Source of the DNA: an uncultured delta proteobacterium
GTDB taxonomy: Bacteria; Desulfobacterota; Desulfuromonadia; Geobacterales; Pseudopelobacteraceae
Reading direction: 5' to 3'
Assembly: GCA_963772835.1 (NCBI GenBank)
Contig: CAVYYZ010000002.1
Span: forward strand, 128,001 to 192,000
Length of the DNA: 64,000 nucleotides
The translations under genes were made by a program, and so were the position numbers. Under the pieces are notes generated by a model that had not been told where the DNA came from, made no database searches, and saw only the letters and a list, made by a program, of their open reading frames with translations. Each line of letters begins with the position of its first letter. Positions within the stretch are counted from its first letter, which is position 1. Positions 22,502 through 35,988 of the stretch are shown here, piece by piece.

Positions 22502-22870
22502 TTATTTCTTCTTACCGGCGACCGTACGTGCAGGGCCTTTGCGTGTGCGTGCATTCGTTTTTGTACGCTGGCCGTTGCAGGGGAGGCCTTTACGATGGCG
22601 GAGACCTCTATAACATCCAAGATCCATAAGACGCTTGATATTCATTGAGATCTCACGGCGCAAGTCGCCCTCAACCTTACAATTGCGATCAATTTCTTCA
22701 CGAAGCTTTGCAACTTCAGTCTCGGTTAGTTTATCTGTACGAGTATCGGGGTTTATCTGACTTGCAGCAACAATACGCTCTGCAGAAGAATTGCCTATAC
22801 CGTAAATATACGTTAATGCGATAACGATTCGTTTGTTTTTTGGTAAATCAATACCTGAAATACGTGCCAA
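22502..22870 (-). CDS. rpsM: 30S ribosomal protein S13
   Basis: [16 protein letters not shown] start. Confidence 0.98.
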   Translation of the reverse strand: MARISGIDLPKNKRIVIALTYIYGIGNSSAERIVAASQINPDTRTDKLTETEVAKLREEIDRNCKVEGDLRREISMNIKRLMDLGCYRGLRHRKGLPCNGQRTKTNARTRKGPARTVAGKKK

Positions 22871-22892
22871 TGGAAATACCCCCTTTAATAAC

Positions 22893-23006
22893 TCATCCTT
22901 GACGTTGAGAATGCTTGGGGATGTCGCAGATTACACGTACAACACCCTTGCGTTTAACAATTTTGCACTTGTCACATATTTTCTTCACAGATGCACGTAC
23001 TTTCAT
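22893..23006 (-). CDS. rpmJ: 50S ribosomal protein L36 (Zn-binding type); absent from the ORF track
   Basis: Manual translation [37 protein letters not shown]. Confidence 0.97.
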   Translation of the reverse strand: MKVRASVKKICDKCKIVKRKGVVRVICDIPKHSQRQG

Positions 23007-23033
23007 AAAACTCCCCATACACGGATTCTATTA

Positions 23034-23780
23034 TTATATCCGAGTTAGTATTTCAGGTCCGTTCTCAGTTATGGCCACGGTATGTTCAAAATGAGCTGAC
23101 AAACCGCCATCACACGTTACTACAGTCCAATTATCACTTAACACTCTAACTTCATGAGATTTTTCATTAATCATCGGTTCGATTGCCAGTACCATGCCCG
23201 GCTTAAGTACAATACCTTTACCTGCGATACCGTAATTCGGTATTTGTGGATCTTCATGCAGATTTTTTCCAATACCATGACCGACAAAATCTCTGACTAC
23301 AGAATACCCTCTACATTCAACGTATTTTTGAACAGAAGCAGAAATATCCCCTAACCTATTCCCAGGGACTGCCATTTCAATGGCTGCATAAAGGGAACCC
23401 TCAGTAGCTGCAATCAAGTCCTTTGCAGCATCTGATACGGAGCCAACAGGTACCGTTATCGCGGCATCGCCGTAAAAACCGTCATATACGACCCCAAAGT
23501 CCATGCTGAGTATATCGCCAGCTCTCAACAGGTCCTTATTCGGGAGTCCATGTACTACCTGATCATTGGGCGAACAACACAAAGAACTCGGATACTTGTT
23601 ATAACCACGAAAAGCGCACTTTGCACTAAGCTTTCGAGCACTAATGGACGCATAGGCATCAAGTTCATATGAAGTGATCCCAGGGCATACTAACGAACGC
23701 AACCCATCGAGAATCTCAGCAACGATAGAGCTGGCAACTCTCATTCTATCAATCTCTCTCCGAGATTTAAGAACGATCAC
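23034..23780 (-). CDS. map: Methionine aminopeptidase type I
   Basis: VVHGLP, GHGIG, AIEPM and SAHFEHT motifs; exact start uncertain. Confidence 0.95.
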   Translation of the reverse strand: MIVLKSRREIDRMRVASSIVAEILDGLRSLVCPGITSYELDAYASISARKLSAKCAFRGYNKYPSSLCCSPNDQVVHGLPNKDLLRAGDILSMDFGVVYDGFYGDAAITVPVGSVSDAAKDLIAATEGSLYAAIEMAVPGNRLGDISASVQKYVECRGYSVVRDFVGHGIGKNLHEDPQIPNYGIAGKGIVLKPGMVLAIEPMINEKSHEVRVLSDNWTVVTCDGGLSAHFEHTVAITENGPEILTRI

Positions 23781-24432
23781 CATCACCGCCTGCGCCTATG
23801 ATAGCAGAGATACTAGCCTGGATATTACTTATTGAATCACTGCCCGACACACTATACAGAATACCTAAACCACTAAAAAAAGACTTAAGGGAAGAGGTTT
23901 GATCTTCATACACTTTAAGACGATATCTTACTGTCTGCTCAGAATCATCATCACGCTGCACAAGAGGAGAACCACATGAATCGCAGATCCCTTCTCTCTC
24001 TGGTTTATCATAAAGTACATGAAAACCTTTACCACATGAAGAACAGGTTCTTCTGCCCGACAATCTGCCAATTAATTCATCGTTATCAACATCAAATGAA
24101 ATAACAAAATCAATCTTTTTACCAATTCCACTTAACAATGTGATTAGTGAATCAGCCTGAGGAATAGTCCGCGGAAAACCATCCAAAATAAATCCAAACC
24201 TGCAGTCTTCCTGAGATACACGCTCTTTAACTAAATCCAGAACGATTTCATCAGAGACAAGACCCCCTGCATCCATAATGGACTTAGCCATATCACCAAG
24301 AGGCGTTTTAGCCTTAACAGCTGACCTCAACATATCCCCGGTTGAAATCTGAGGGATACCATACCGTTCGACAATAAACTGTGCCTGGGTTCCTTTTCCA
24401 GATCCGGGAGGACCAAAGAGAACAACATTCAC
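23767..24432 (-). CDS. adk: Adenylate kinase
   Basis: GPPGSGKGTQ, LDGFPR, Zn-lid CxxC pairs. Confidence 0.97.
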   Translation of the reverse strand: MNVVLFGPPGSGKGTQAQFIVERYGIPQISTGDMLRSAVKAKTPLGDMAKSIMDAGGLVSDEIVLDLVKERVSQEDCRFGFILDGFPRTIPQADSLITLLSGIGKKIDFVISFDVDNDELIGRLSGRRTCSSCGKGFHVLYDKPEREGICDSCGSPLVQRDDDSEQTVRYRLKVYEDQTSSLKSFFSGLGILYSVSGSDSISNIQASISAIIGAGGDGDRS

Positions 24433-24435
24433 GGT

Positions 24436-25743
24436 CTATCGTCTCCCTTTTATACGCACACCCTTAAGAAAGCCCTCATAGTTCCGGGTAATAAGGTGTG
24501 ATTCTATCTGCGATACAGTGTCCATTCCAACACCAACTGCAATTAACAGGGCTGTTCCACCGAAGTAAAACGGAAGATTAAATTTTCCAATTAATATGGT
24601 TGGTAAAATGCATACTATCGAGATATATACCGCACCAACAAAGGTCAACCTGGTAAGTACGGTATCTATAAAGTCAGAGGTCTCTTTCCCTGGGCGAATG
24701 CCAGGAATATACCCACCCTGTTTTTTAATGTTATCAGCAACATCTATAGGATTAAAAGTCACAGCCGTATAGAAGTAGCAGAAGAAGACTATAAAAGCAA
24801 CGAAAAAGATATTATAGGCCAGATTACCCGGCGACATACTTTTAGCAGCAGTCTTGACCCATGGGATATCTATAAAGTTCGCTATTGTGGCAGGAAACAT
24901 AATAATTGATGACGCAAATATAGGTGGAATTACGCCGGCCATATTTATTTTTAACGGCAAATGTGAAGTCTGTGCATTAAAAGTCTTAAGGCCAACAACT
25001 CTTTTAGCATAGTGTATCGGTAAACGTCTCTGGCCGCGCTCAACAAAAACAATAATTGCGATAACAGCAAACATGATCACAAGAACAAACATAAGAACAA
25101 ACAGTGATAGTTGCCCGGCATTTACAAGTTTGGACGTATTATAGAGTGCTTTGGGAATGTTAACGACAATCCCGGCAAAAATGATCAAAGAGATTCCGTT
25201 ACCGATACCTTTTTCGGACATTTGTTCACCGAGCCACATTACGAATGCGGTGCCGGCCGTTAAGGTGATAACCGTTAATATTCGGAAACCCCATCCCGGA
25301 CTTGGCACTACTAATTCTCCAGCCGGACCACGCATGCTCTCAAGGCCGACAGCAACGCCCATTCCCTGGACTACACTTAATACGATAGTGCCATATCGGG
25401 TATACTGAACAATCTTTTTCCTACCAGCTTCACCCTCTTTAGAAAGTTTTTCAATAGAAGGGATGACAACAGTAAGAAGCTGAAAAATGATTGAAGAAGA
25501 TATATACGGCATAATCCCGAGTGCGAACACCGTAAGTCGCTCTAATGCGCCACCTGAAAACATGTCGAAAAGACCCAACAAAGTCCCTTGTGACTGTTTA
25601 AAAAAATGTGCTAACGCAATTCGGTCGATTCCAGGAGTCGGTATATGGCAACCGACTCGATATACGGCAAGCATTCCCAAAGAATATAAAACACGCTTTT
25701 TCAACTCAGGAATCTTGAATATATTCTGGAGAGCCTCAAACAC
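24436..25743 (-). CDS. secY: Preprotein translocase SecY
   Basis: [30 protein letters not shown]. Confidence 0.98.
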   Translation of the reverse strand: MFEALQNIFKIPELKKRVLYSLGMLAVYRVGCHIPTPGIDRIALAHFFKQSQGTLLGLFDMFSGGALERLTVFALGIMPYISSSIIFQLLTVVIPSIEKLSKEGEAGRKKIVQYTRYGTIVLSVVQGMGVAVGLESMRGPAGELVVPSPGWGFRILTVITLTAGTAFVMWLGEQMSEKGIGNGISLIIFAGIVVNIPKALYNTSKLVNAGQLSLFVLMFVLVIMFAVIAIIVFVERGQRRLPIHYAKRVVGLKTFNAQTSHLPLKINMAGVIPPIFASSIIMFPATIANFIDIPWVKTAAKSMSPGNLAYNIFFVAFIVFFCYFYTAVTFNPIDVADNIKKQGGYIPGIRPGKETSDFIDTVLTRLTFVGAVYISIVCILPTILIGKFNLPFYFGGTALLIAVGVGMDTVSQIESHLITRNYEGFLKGVRIKGRR

Positions 25744-26186
25744 TATGCCATCTCCTCAACAGTGCCGCCAGCGGCTACGATTTTATCCTTGGCAGACTGA
25801 CTGAATTTATGTGCAGATACCTTAAAAGGTTTGGTTATATCCCCATTACCTAGAATTTTAACTGCAAAACGATCAGATTTAATGAGGCCCTGAGAAACAA
25901 GTGCAATAACATCAATAACAGCCCCTGCTTCAAATATGTCGAGCTTATCAATGTTTACAAGCGAATACTCTATGCGGTCAAGTGGTGTAAAGCCACGTTT
26001 AGGCAATCGACGCTGTAATGGCATCTGCCCACCCTCGAAACCGGCTTTTATACTTCCGCCTGAACGCGCTTTTTGCCCTTTATGGCCTTTTGTAGCGGTT
26101 TTGCCGTGACCAGAGCCAGTACCACGACCGATACGTTTTCTGTTTTTTGTTGACCCAATAGAAGGTCTCAGATTATTAAGTTCCAT
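25743..26186 (-). CDS. rplO: 50S ribosomal protein L15
   Basis: [19 protein letters not shown]. Confidence 0.98.
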   Translation of the reverse strand: MELNNLRPSIGSTKNRKRIGRGTGSGHGKTATKGHKGQKARSGGSIKAGFEGGQMPLQRRLPKRGFTPLDRIEYSLVNIDKLDIFEAGAVIDVIALVSQGLIKSDRFAVKILGNGDITKPFKVSAHKFSQSAKDKIVAAGGTVEEMA

Positions 26187-26203
26187 GAAGTCGACCCCTT
26201 TAT

Positions 26204-26380
26204 CTATTCAACGGTCAATAAATGACCAACCTTATTGATCATACCCCTAATTTGTGGGCTGTCTTGCCGCAGTACTGTCTGATTGATTTTGGACAGACCA
26301 AGGCCAGCAACAACTGCACAATGTTTTTTAGGAGCACATATAGTGCTTTTTATCAGCGTTATCTTAAGCATACTGCTCAT
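26204..26380 (-). CDS. rpmD: 50S ribosomal protein L30; absent from the ORF track
   Basis: Manual translation MSSMLKITLIKST...GLGLSKINQTV...IRGMINKVGHLLTVE; located between rpsE and rplO. Confidence 0.95.
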   Translation of the reverse strand: MSSMLKITLIKSTICAPKKHCAVVAGLGLSKINQTVLRQDSPQIRGMINKVGHLLTVE

Positions 26381-26404
26381 AATTATATCCCCGTATATCG
26401 AGAG

Positions 26405-26893
26405 TTATTCTGTAATACCACGACGAGCGGCAATCTCTTCTGGAGTTTTAAGACGCTGCAGACCCTGGAAAGCGGCTTTAATAACGTTGTGAGGATTATT
26501 CGAACCTAAACATTTAGAGAGAATGTTATTAATGCCCGCTGCCTCAAAAATTGCACGTGCAGCACCGCCTGCTATAACACCTGTACCTGCAGAAGCAGGT
26601 TTCATCAGGAGGCGACCGGCTCCGAATTTGCCCTCTATTTCAAACGGAATTGTCTGGTTTGAATTTACAGGAACTTTAATAAGGTTCTTTTTAGCCTGTT
26701 CTACGCCCTTCCTAATCGCTTCAGGGACCTCATTCGCTTTACCAAGCCCATATCCCACAAAACCGTTGCCGTCGCCAACAACAATTAACGCAGAGAAACT
26801 GAACCGACGGCCACCCTTTACAACTTTGGCAACACGACTGATATGAACAACTTTGTCTGTAAGATTTAGTTCTGCCGGATTAATTCTACTCAA
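26405..26893 (-). CDS. rpsE: 30S ribosomal protein S5
   Basis: [14 protein letters not shown]. Confidence 0.98.
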   Translation of the reverse strand: MSRINPAELNLTDKVVHISRVAKVVKGGRRFSFSALIVVGDGNGFVGYGLGKANEVPEAIRKGVEQAKKNLIKVPVNSNQTIPFEIEGKFGAGRLLMKPASAGTGVIAGGAARAIFEAAGINNILSKCLGSNNPHNVIKAAFQGLQRLKTPEEIAARRGITE

Positions 26894-26912
26894 AGAAAAC
26901 CTCCCATACTTA

Positions 26913-27278
26913 TTAAAAAATCAACCCGGATTCGCGGGCTGAATCTGCAAGCGCTTTGATCCTGCCGTGATAAAGAAAGCCATTACGGTCAAAAACTACT
27001 GAAGAGAAACCCTTAGCAAGAGCAAGTTTTGCAACCTCCTTGCCTACAAGTGCCGCCGCTGCAATATTACCGGTATAAGAAAGATCCTTTGCCGCTTCCG
27101 ATAAAGTCGAAGCAGCAACCAGTGTTGTACCATTTGTATCATCAATTAACTGAGCATATATATGACGTGCGCTCTTGAATACATTGAGGCGTGGACGTTC
27201 CGTTGTCCCGCGTACTTTTTTCCTGACCCGGACTTGACGTTTAAGCCGAGTAATTGTCTTAATAGCTGTCTTAGCCAC
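26913..27278 (-). CDS. rplR: 50S ribosomal protein L18
   Basis: [22 protein letters not shown]. Confidence 0.98.
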   Translation of the reverse strand: MAKTAIKTITRLKRQVRVRKKVRGTTERPRLNVFKSARHIYAQLIDDTNGTTLVAASTLSEAAKDLSYTGNIAAAALVGKEVAKLALAKGFSSVVFDRNGFLYHGRIKALADSARESGLIF

Positions 27279-27296
27279 AAAATCTCCTTATAAAGA

Positions 27297-27836
27297 CTAT
27301 TTCTTGCCGGTTTTACCAGCTTTTCTTAGGATAGTCTCGTCAGCATATTTAATCCCTTTACCCTTGTAGGGTTCAGGTCTACGGAACGATCTGATCTTTG
27401 CAGCCGTCTGACCAACAAGTTCTTTATCAAAACCCTTGACAGCAAGCTTTGTCATTTTTTCAACATCAACCGAAATTCCTTCAGGAATCGGAAAGTTTAC
27501 AGGGTGAGAATAACCAAGCGCAAGAACAAGCTCATTTCCCTTAACTTCCGCTCGATAACCGACCCCGTTGATCTCAAGATCTCTCTGAAAGCCCTTGGTA
27601 ACACCAACAACCATGTTATTGATCAATGTACGCGTGAGACCATGGGCTGAACGTGCTGCGGTTGAATCGTCACAACGCGTCACTTCGATGGCAGTATCAC
27701 GAATATCAAGAGCAACAACAGACATAATTTTACGTGTTAATGCGCCGATAGGGCCTTTGACTGAAAGAACTGAATCAGTAAAAGAAATTTTCACACCTGC
27801 TGGTATCTCAATTGGCTTTTTACCTATTCTAGACAT
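27297..27836 (-). CDS. rplF: 50S ribosomal protein L6
   Basis: [17 protein letters not shown]. Confidence 0.98.
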   Translation of the reverse strand: MSRIGKKPIEIPAGVKISFTDSVLSVKGPIGALTRKIMSVVALDIRDTAIEVTRCDDSTAARSAHGLTRTLINNMVVGVTKGFQRDLEINGVGYRAEVKGNELVLALGYSHPVNFPIPEGISVDVEKMTKLAVKGFDKELVGQTAAKIRSFRRPEPYKGKGIKYADETILRKAGKTGKK

Positions 27837-27861
27837 CTAAAAGTACTCCTTGTCGCAATTA

Positions 27862-28260
27862 TTACCAGACACTGCAGATCAGCTCGCCACCAACCCCTGA
27901 CTTTCGGGCACTATTATCAGTTATTATTCCTTTAGAAGTAGAAAGAATGGCAATTCCTAGCCCACTTTTTATCAATGGAATATTCTCTGACTTAACGTAC
28001 ACTCTACCACCTGGCTTGCTGATACGTTTAATCTCATTTATAACGCTATCTTTTTCATCGATATACTTCAAGTAAACTCGCAGGACACCCTGAAGGTTAT
28101 CAGATATAACCTTATAGTTTTTGATAAAGCCTTCTTGCTTTAAAACGTTAGCAATACTGACTTTCATATTGGATGATGGAATGTCTACTTTCTGATGCTT
28201 TACCATATTAGCGTTTCTAATTCTGGTAAGCATGTCAGCAATTGGGTCTGTCATGGACAT
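27862..28260 (-). CDS. rpsH: 30S ribosomal protein S8
   Basis: [13 protein letters not shown]. Confidence 0.98.
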   Translation of the reverse strand: MSMTDPIADMLTRIRNANMVKHQKVDIPSSNMKVSIANVLKQEGFIKNYKVISDNLQGVLRVYLKYIDEKDSVINEIKRISKPGGRVYVKSENIPLIKSGLGIAILSTSKGIITDNSARKSGVGGELICSVW

Positions 28261-28302
28261 TGTGAATGTGCTCCTGTCTCTTTATCTATATGCAACTTTT
28301 AG

Positions 28303-28488
28303 TTACCAGCTCGATTTTATCACACCGGGTATCTGGCCGGACGAGGCATACTTGCGCAGACAGATTCTGCACATCTCGAACTTGCGATAAAACGCTTTTG
28401 GACGACCGCAGATTGGACAGCGATTGTGCTGCCGAACCTTAAATTTTGGTGGACGTTGAGACTTAATGATCATTGATACTTTTGCCAC
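28303..28488 (-). CDS. rpsN: 30S ribosomal protein S14 (short Zn-binding type Z)
   Basis: RCPICGRP...CRIC; KSSW. Confidence 0.97.
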   Translation of the reverse strand: MAKVSMIIKSQRPPKFKVRQHNRCPICGRPKAFYRKFEMCRICLRKYASSGQIPGVIKSSW

Positions 28489-28505
28489 TGAATCCTCCAG
28501 ATATC

Positions 28506-29045
28506 TTAGTTCCTGAACGGCATGCCCAGGTACTTGAGAAGTGCTTTACCTTCTTCGTCTGTTTTAGCACTTGTTACAATAGTAATATTCATTCCCTTTA
28601 TCTTATCAACATTATCATAGTTGATCTCAGGAAAAATAAGCTGGTCTTTGATCCCGAGCGTGTAATTCCCTTTACCATCAAAAGCTTTGCCAGAAACACC
28701 TTTGAAGTCACGAACCCTTGCAAGTGAGACATTCACCAAACGATCAAGAAATTCATACATGCGATCACGACGAAGAGTTACCATACATCCAATTGGCATC
28801 CCCTCTCGAAGCTTAAAGGTTGCGATTGATTTTTTCGCTTTGGTAATCACAGATTTTTGTCCTGTAATCAACCCGAGTTCGGTAGTCGCAGAATCTAGTA
28901 TCTTAACATTCTGAATTGCTTCACCCAAACCCATGTTAACCACGATTTTCTTGATCTGAGGTACCTGCATACAAGACTTGTAACTAAAATCATTACGAAG
29001 CTTGGGGACAATTTCAGATGTATATATATCTTTTAAACGAGACAT
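28506..29045 (-). CDS. rplE: 50S ribosomal protein L5
   Basis: [19 protein letters not shown] 29045. Confidence 0.97.
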   Translation of the reverse strand: MSRLKDIYTSEIVPKLRNDFSYKSCMQVPQIKKIVVNMGLGEAIQNVKILDSATTELGLITGQKSVITKAKKSIATFKLREGMPIGCMVTLRRDRMYEFLDRLVNVSLARVRDFKGVSGKAFDGKGNYTLGIKDQLIFPEINYDNVDKIKGMNITIVTSAKTDEEGKALLKYLGMPFRN

Positions 29046-29068
29046 TAGATCGATTCCTCCAGAGTATT

Positions 29069-29395
29069 CTAAAGCGTTGTGCCGCACTTTACACATACAC
29101 GTTGTTTCTCACCGTTTTCCAATAACTTCTTGCTGGTTCTTACCGGTTTAGAACATTTCGAACAAAATGGCATAACATTGGAGATATGAATTCGTGCTTC
29201 CTTCTCCTTAATTTCACCAGCTTCATTACCTTTTGCTTTTACATGGCGCTTAATTAAATTAAGACCTTCTACAATTACGCCGTTTTTCTTGGGCAGCAAT
29301 TGAAGAATTTTACCAGTTTTGTTTTTTTCTTTACCGGCAATAACCATTACAGTATCGCCCTTATTAACATGAGGTTTTGTGACTTGCATCATCAT
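29069..29395 (-). CDS. rplX: 50S ribosomal protein L24
   Basis: [17 protein letters not shown]. Confidence 0.97.
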   Translation of the reverse strand: MMMQVTKPHVNKGDTVMVIAGKEKNKTGKILQLLPKKNGVIVEGLNLIKRHVKAKGNEAGEIKEKEARIHISNVMPFCSKCSKPVRTSKKLLENGEKQRVCVKCGTTL

Positions 29396-29407
29396 TCTCC
29401 GATATTT

Positions 29408-29776
29408 TTATAGTACTTCCGGTGCAAGAGAAATAATTTTCATAAATTTTTTGGCTCGCAGTTCTCTGGCAACCGGACCGAAGATACGTGTACCAACCGG
29501 TTCCTTAGCATTGTTGATAACAACACCTGAATTATCATCAAAACGTATATAAGAACCATCAGGGCGGCCCATTGATTTAGCTGTCCTGACTACAACGGCC
29601 TTAACAACATCGCCCTTTTTTACCTTTGAATTCGGCATAGCTTCACGAACAGAAGCGACAATTATATCACCCACTCCTGCATATTTTCTTTTAGACCCGC
29701 CAAGTACTTTAATGCAAAATAACTTCTTGGCACCTGAGTTGTCGGCTACATCCAGTACTGTCTGCATTTGAATCAT
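29408..29776 (-). CDS. rplN: 50S ribosomal protein L14
   Basis: [16 protein letters not shown]. Confidence 0.98.
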   Translation of the reverse strand: MIQMQTVLDVADNSGAKKLFCIKVLGGSKRKYAGVGDIIVASVREAMPNSKVKKGDVVKAVVVRTAKSMGRPDGSYIRFDDNSGVVINNAKEPVGTRIFGPVARELRAKKFMKIISLAPEVL

Positions 29777-29794
29777 TAGATGTTACTCCCTATA

Positions 29795-30052
29795 CTAAGA
29801 GATGCTTTCAATTATCTGTTTAAGGCTCCAGCGCTTATCTTTGCTTAACGGACGGCATTCAATGATCTGAACCCGGTCGCCAACTTTAGAACTGTTAAGC
29901 TCATCGTGGACTTTATATTTAACACTACGTTTAATATACTTGCTGTAGACGCTGTGTTTTACAAGACGATCGACTTTTACTACAACAGTCTTCTCCATCT
30001 TGTCGCTCACAACAACACCTACCTGAGTTTTTCTATGACCGCGTTCACTCAT
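29795..30052 (-). CDS. rpsQ: 30S ribosomal protein S17
   Basis: [21 protein letters not shown]. Confidence 0.98.
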   Translation of the reverse strand: MSERGHRKTQVGVVVSDKMEKTVVVKVDRLVKHSVYSKYIKRSVKYKVHDELNSSKVGDRVQIIECRPLSKDKRWSLKQIIESIS

Positions 30053-30252
30053 TTAGATACTCCCCCTGCCTTACTTTCGGTGAGAATTGTATTAATTCTG
30101 GCAATATTCTTTCGAAGGTTCTTCAGCTTGGAAGTATTCTCTAGCCTGCCTGTATGAAGCTGAAACTTCAGATTAAAAAGTTCCTGAGTCGATTCCGATT
30201 GCTTTTTAAGAAGCTCTTCAGCAGATATTTTTCTAAGGTCATTAGGCTTCAT
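30049..30252 (-). CDS. rpmC: 50S ribosomal protein L29
   Basis: [17 protein letters not shown] 30252. Confidence 0.96.
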   Translation of the reverse strand: MKPNDLRKISAEELLKKQSESTQELFNLKFQLHTGRLENTSKLKNLRKNIARINTILTESKAGGVSK

Positions 30253-30664
30253 GGGAATCTCCCCTGGAAATAAACTTTGTAGAAATAGGCAGTTTATGAG
30301 CAGCAAGCCTGAGGGCTTCACGGGCAATCTCCTCGGTCACACCTTCCATTTCATACAATACTACGCCGGGCTTAATAACGCATACCCATGAATCAGGAGA
30401 TCCTTTTCCTTTACCCATCCTGGTCTCAGCAGGTTTAGCAGTAAGTGGTTTATCGGGGAAAATACGAATCCATATTTTACCACCCCTCTTAATATATCGT
30501 GTCATAGCGATACGAGCTGCCTCAATTTGACGTGAATCAAGCCAGCCGCACTCCGTTGCCTGCAATCCATATTCACCAAAAGAGAGTTCAATACCTCTAC
30601 ACGGCTTCCCGGACATGCGACCCTTCATCTGTTTTCTATGTTTTACCCGTTTCGGCATTAACAT
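30242..30664 (-). CDS. rplP: 50S ribosomal protein L16
   Basis: [18 protein letters not shown]. Confidence 0.98.
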   Translation of the reverse strand: MLMPKRVKHRKQMKGRMSGKPCRGIELSFGEYGLQATECGWLDSRQIEAARIAMTRYIKRGGKIWIRIFPDKPLTAKPAETRMGKGKGSPDSWVCVIKPGVVLYEMEGVTEEIAREALRLAAHKLPISTKFISRGDSHEA

Positions 30665-30697
30665 TGATACGTGCTCCTATTGTGCATTATAAAGAAA

Positions 30698-31330
30698 TTA
30701 CTTACCGGGCAGAATTTCGCCCTTGAAAATTAACACTTTGATACCGATAAGACCATACGTGGTTTTGGCTTCGGCAAATCCGTAGTCAATATCAGCACGT
30801 AACGTATGCAACGGCACTCTGCCTTCACGATACCACTCTGTTCGGGACATCTCGGCACCACCCAAACGTCCAGAGCAGGTAATACGGATTCCCTTTGCTC
30901 CGAATTTAAGAGTAGAAGTTACACTCTTCTTCATTGCTCTTCTGAAAGCGATACGGCGCTCCAGTTGCAAAGCGACATTTTCAGCAACTAACTGAGCGTC
31001 TAACTCAGGCTTACGAACTTCATTTATGGTTATAAAGATCTCTTTTGCTGATATTTGAGCAAGCTCTTTTTTAATTGTTTCTACTTCTGACCCTTTCTTA
31101 CCAATGATAAGACCCGGCCTGGCTGTAAAAATATTAATTTTGCACTTGTTGGCAGCACGCTCAATTTCAATTTTTGAAACACCCGAACTGTACAGGCGCT
31201 TTTTGAGAAATTTTCGAATTGCCAAGTCTTCGTGCAGCAGTTTTGCATAATCTGCTTCGGCATACCACTTGGAATCCCAAGTTTTAGTCACACCGAGTCT
31301 GAAGCCAATCGGATTTATTTTTTGTCCCAA
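30698..31330 (-). CDS. rpsC: 30S ribosomal protein S3
   Basis: [25 protein letters not shown]. Confidence 0.98.
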   Translation of the reverse strand: MGQKINPIGFRLGVTKTWDSKWYAEADYAKLLHEDLAIRKFLKKRLYSSGVSKIEIERAANKCKINIFTARPGLIIGKKGSEVETIKKELAQISAKEIFITINEVRKPELDAQLVAENVALQLERRIAFRRAMKKSVTSTLKFGAKGIRITCSGRLGGAEMSRTEWYREGRVPLHTLRADIDYGFAEAKTTYGLIGIKVLIFKGEILPGK

Positions 31331-31352
31331 CCTACACCTCCACGTATTAAAA

Positions 31353-31688
31353 CTATTTCGAGTCTGAAAGGGTTACAGCAATATGACTAGTAGGTTTACG
31401 TATTTTGCTGGCACGCCCCATAGCACGAGGTACAAAACGTTTAAGTGCAGCACCGCCATCTACATAAATCGATTTAACAACAAGACGATCGACATCGGAT
31501 ACGCCCTTTTGCTCAGCGTTAGCAACAGCAGACTTAAGAAGTTTTGAAACAAGCTTGGCAGAAGGCTGAGGCATGAACCGCAAAATATTCAGTGCATCTT
31601 GAATACCTTTCCCACGCACAAGATCAACTACTAGACGAGTTTTGCGTGGCGAAAGGCGCACAGATGAAAGTTTAGCGTTTGATTCCAT
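31353..31688 (-). CDS. rplV: 50S ribosomal protein L22
   Basis: [15 protein letters not shown]. Confidence 0.98.
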   Translation of the reverse strand: MESNAKLSSVRLSPRKTRLVVDLVRGKGIQDALNILRFMPQPSAKLVSKLLKSAVANAEQKGVSDVDRLVVKSIYVDGGAALKRFVPRAMGRASKIRKPTSHIAVTLSDSK

Positions 31689-31703
31689 TTAAAAGCTCCC
31701 TTA

Positions 31704-31982
31704 CTACTTTTTGACTTTGCTCTTTTTATCAGCGGCATGACCGTGAAATGTTCTAGTTGGAGCGAATTCACCCATTTTGTGGCCAACCATATTCTCCGTA
31801 ACGAAGACAGGGATGAATTTCTTACCGTTATGAACCGCAAAACTACAGCCGATAAAATCAGGACTGATTGTAGAACGGCGCGACCAGGTCTTAATAATCT
31901 TTTTGGAATTAGGACCTTCTGCCAGAACTTTTTTGTTCAGGTGGTCGTCAATAAATGGACCTTTTTTAATTGAACGTGCCAT
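31704..31982 (-). CDS. rpsS: 30S ribosomal protein S19
   Basis: [15 protein letters not shown]. Confidence 0.98.
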   Translation of the reverse strand: MARSIKKGPFIDDHLNKKVLAEGPNSKKIIKTWSRRSTISPDFIGCSFAVHNGKKFIPVFVTENMVGHKMGEFAPTRTFHGHAADKKSKVKK

Positions 31983-32004
31983 AATTTCTCAGCCTCTCGA
32001 CGAA

Positions 32005-32829
32005 TTATTTACTGCGTTTTTTCACTATGAAGCGATCAGAAGTCTTGTTGGTACGGGTTTTGTAGCCCTTAGTCGGGATACCCCATGGTGTAACGGGATG
32101 CCGTCCACCCGACGTGCGGCCTTCTCCACCACCATGTGGATGGTCAACAGGGTTCATGGCAACACCACGTACTTTAGGACGCCTGCCGAGCCAGCGAGAC
32201 CGACCGGCTTTACCGATATTTACATTTTCATGATCCGTATTGCCGACTTGTCCGATCGTGGCATAACAATCCTGAAGAACTAAACGGACTTCACCGGACG
32301 GAAGTTTAACTTGAGAGTATTTGCCCTCTTTGGACATGAGCTGCGCAAAAGTACCGGCACTTCTGGCTAATTGAGCCCCTTTACCGATTTTCAATTCAAT
32401 GTTGTGTATAACCGTACCAAGAGGAATTGAACGCAACGGTAATGAGTTACCCGGTTTGATGTCGGCCTCTGGTCCACTGATCACAACATCACCTACTTTT
32501 AAATCAAGAGGAGCAAGAATATAACGTTTTTCACCATCTACATAGTTCAGGAGTGCAATACGGGCACTACGATTCGGATCGTACTCAATACTTGCCACAG
32601 TAGCCGGTATGCTGCGCTTGTCACGACGGAAATCAATTATACGATATTTCTGTTTGTGACCGCCGCCCTGATGACGAGAAGTTATACGACCATTTGAATT
32701 CCTGCCGCCGCTCTTTTTAAGAGAAACGAGCAGAGATTTTTCAGGAGTAGTTTTAGTAATTTCAGCAAACGTAGAACATGTTTGATGTCTGCGCCCAGCT
32801 GAAGTTGGATTATAGCTTTTGATTGCCAT
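32005..32829 (-). CDS. rplB: 50S ribosomal protein L2
   Basis: [21 protein letters not shown]. Confidence 0.98.
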   Translation of the reverse strand: MAIKSYNPTSAGRRHQTCSTFAEITKTTPEKSLLVSLKKSGGRNSNGRITSRHQGGGHKQKYRIIDFRRDKRSIPATVASIEYDPNRSARIALLNYVDGEKRYILAPLDLKVGDVVISGPEADIKPGNSLPLRSIPLGTVIHNIELKIGKGAQLARSAGTFAQLMSKEGKYSQVKLPSGEVRLVLQDCYATIGQVGNTDHENVNIGKAGRSRWLGRRPKVRGVAMNPVDHPHGGGEGRTSGGRHPVTPWGIPTKGYKTRTNKTSDRFIVKKRSK

Positions 32830-32850
32830 TGTGAACCCCAAACGTATTAG

Positions 32851-33135
32851 TTAGACTTCAAAGAAATCTATTGATTGCCCTTCCTGGAGTGTAACATAAG
32901 CCTTTTTCCAGTTGGAACGTTTGCCAAAAGTTTTGCCAGATCGTTTTACCTTACCAGCCACAGTAACCGTGCGAACATCTGAGACTTTAACTTTGAACAG
33001 ATTCTCTACTGCCTGTTTGATCTCAATCTTGTTTGCAGCTTTATCGACTACAATAGCAACCGTATTGGTTGTGTCGGAACCCAAAGAAGTCTTTTCTGTA
33101 ACGTGTGGTTTTTTAATTACGGAGTAAATATTCAT
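32851..33135 (-). CDS. rplW: 50S ribosomal protein L23
   Basis: [19 protein letters not shown]. Confidence 0.98.
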   Translation of the reverse strand: MNIYSVIKKPHVTEKTSLGSDTTNTVAIVVDKAANKIEIKQAVENLFKVKVSDVRTVTVAGKVKRSGKTFGKRSNWKKAYVTLQEGQSIDFFEV

Positions 33136-33755
33136 TTTTGCAATACTCCTTCGGCTGAAAGTACAGAGTCCTGAGTGAAGATTATGTGCTTGTATTTAAG
33201 CATGTCATGAATATTCAGTGCATCGTGCTTTATCATTTTTATATGAGGCACATTCCGAGCTGACAAAAACAGATTATTATTAAAATCATCAGTGACAATC
33301 AATGATTTTTTCAAATCAAAAGTGTTCAGGAAGCCAACAAAAGCTTGTGTTGAAATCTTTTCAAACTCGATTTTGTCAAGAACAGTAATATTTTTTGTCT
33401 GCAGCTTGTACGTAAGAACTGAGCAGAGTGCAGCAGCTCTGGCTTTCTTATTCATACTGAGGTTATAGATTTTGGGTTGTGGCCCAAAAGCCACGCCCCC
33501 GCCAGGATACTGGGGAGCACGACTACAACCCTGTCGGGCGTTACCTGTACCCTTCTGTTTGAATGGCTTCTTACCGCCACCACGCACTGCAGAACGGTTC
33601 TTCACGGCAACGGTGCCAGCCCGACGATTCGCGAGTTGAATACGAAGTGCCTGGTGTATAAGACTCTCTCTTACTTCAACATCAAACACATCGTCGGATA
33701 GCTGTATTTCACCGACTTGTAGTTTGTTCATATTAAATACTGCTATTGAAGGCAT
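33132..33755 (-). CDS. rplD: 50S ribosomal protein L4
   Basis: [18 protein letters not shown]. Confidence 0.97.
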   Translation of the reverse strand: MPSIAVFNMNKLQVGEIQLSDDVFDVEVRESLIHQALRIQLANRRAGTVAVKNRSAVRGGGKKPFKQKGTGNARQGCSRAPQYPGGGVAFGPQPKIYNLSMNKKARAAALCSVLTYKLQTKNITVLDKIEFEKISTQAFVGFLNTFDLKKSLIVTDDFNNNLFLSARNVPHIKMIKHDALNIHDMLKYKHIIFTQDSVLSAEGVLQK

Positions 33756-33773
33756 ACACAAACTCCCGAAATA

Positions 33774-34403
33774 CTAAGCTTTAACACTTTTTTTAATCAT
33801 TACTATTGAATTCGTATGACCAGGGACCGCTCCTTTAATCAAAAGGAGATTATCGGCAACATCGACTCGTACAATTTTAAGCCGCTGTATGGTTACTTTT
33901 GCATTCCCCATCTGGCCTGGCATCTTTTTATTCTTAAAAACATGAGAAGGTGTTGCAGATGCGCCGATTGAACCTGGAGCTCTATGAAAACGAGACCCAT
34001 GGGAAGCGCGTCCACCCTTAAAGTTCCAACGCTTTATTACGCCTTGGAAACCTTTACCAATACTTGTGCCGGTAACATCAATAAGATCATCAGCTGAAAA
34101 CTGATCAACAGTGATTTCATCGCCTACATTCATTGCGTCGGCCTGGTCGTTTTTGAATTCACGCAGATGCCTGAATACTCCATGACCAGATTTAGTACAA
34201 TGTCCGAGGTATGGTTTATTAACGTTGGCTGCTGCAACAGATTCAAAACCTACCTGTACAGCCGAATATCCGTCGCAGACTGTAGTTTTTTTCTGAACGA
34301 CATAGCAAGGACCGGCCTGAATTACAGTTACGGGTACTCTTGTTCCGTCTTCAAGAAATATTTGGGTCATGCCCAGTTTTTTTCCGATGATACCTTTCAT
34401 CAT
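33774..34403 (-). CDS. rplC: 50S ribosomal protein L3
   Basis: [18 protein letters not shown]. Confidence 0.97.
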   Translation of the reverse strand: MMKGIIGKKLGMTQIFLEDGTRVPVTVIQAGPCYVVQKKTTVCDGYSAVQVGFESVAAANVNKPYLGHCTKSGHGVFRHLREFKNDQADAMNVGDEITVDQFSADDLIDVTGTSIGKGFQGVIKRWNFKGGRASHGSRFHRAPGSIGASATPSHVFKNKKMPGQMGNAKVTIQRLKIVRVDVADNLLLIKGAVPGHTNSIVMIKKSVKA

Positions 34404-34431
34404 ATTCAATCCTATTCAGTCGTAGTAGCAG

Positions 34432-34740
34432 TTACAGTTTTATTTCAACATCAACGCCGGCGGATAGATCCAGCTTCATGAGGGCATCAACCGTCTGCTG
34501 TGTAGGGTCAAGTATATCAATTAAACGCTTATGTGTTCTGATTTCGAATTGGTCACGTGATTTTTTATCAACATGCGGTCCGCGCAGAACACAGTACTTA
34601 TTAATTACGGTCGGCAGTGGAATTGGCCCGGCAACACGCGCACCAGTTCTTTTTGCTGTATCGACAATTTCACCTACTGAAACATCAAGAAGCTTGTGAT
34701 CATATGCCTTAAGGCGAATTCTTATCTTCTGGCTCTGCAT
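34432..34740 (-). CDS. rpsJ: 30S ribosomal protein S10
   Basis: [17 protein letters not shown]. Confidence 0.98.
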   Translation of the reverse strand: MQSQKIRIRLKAYDHKLLDVSVGEIVDTAKRTGARVAGPIPLPTVINKYCVLRGPHVDKKSRDQFEIRTHKRLIDILDPTQQTVDALMKLDLSAGVDVEIKL

Positions 34741-34763
34741 TAATAACCTCGTACGAATAAAAT

Positions 34764-35954
<1,191 letters not shown>

Positions 35955-35988
35955 GAGAAAACCCTCCTGAGTTACGGATTAGTGTTGA

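Noticed and set aside
23007..23033. Missing infA between map and rpmJ
   Set aside because: Real absence here, but infA is located elsewhere in Geobacter-like genomes, so it is not novel
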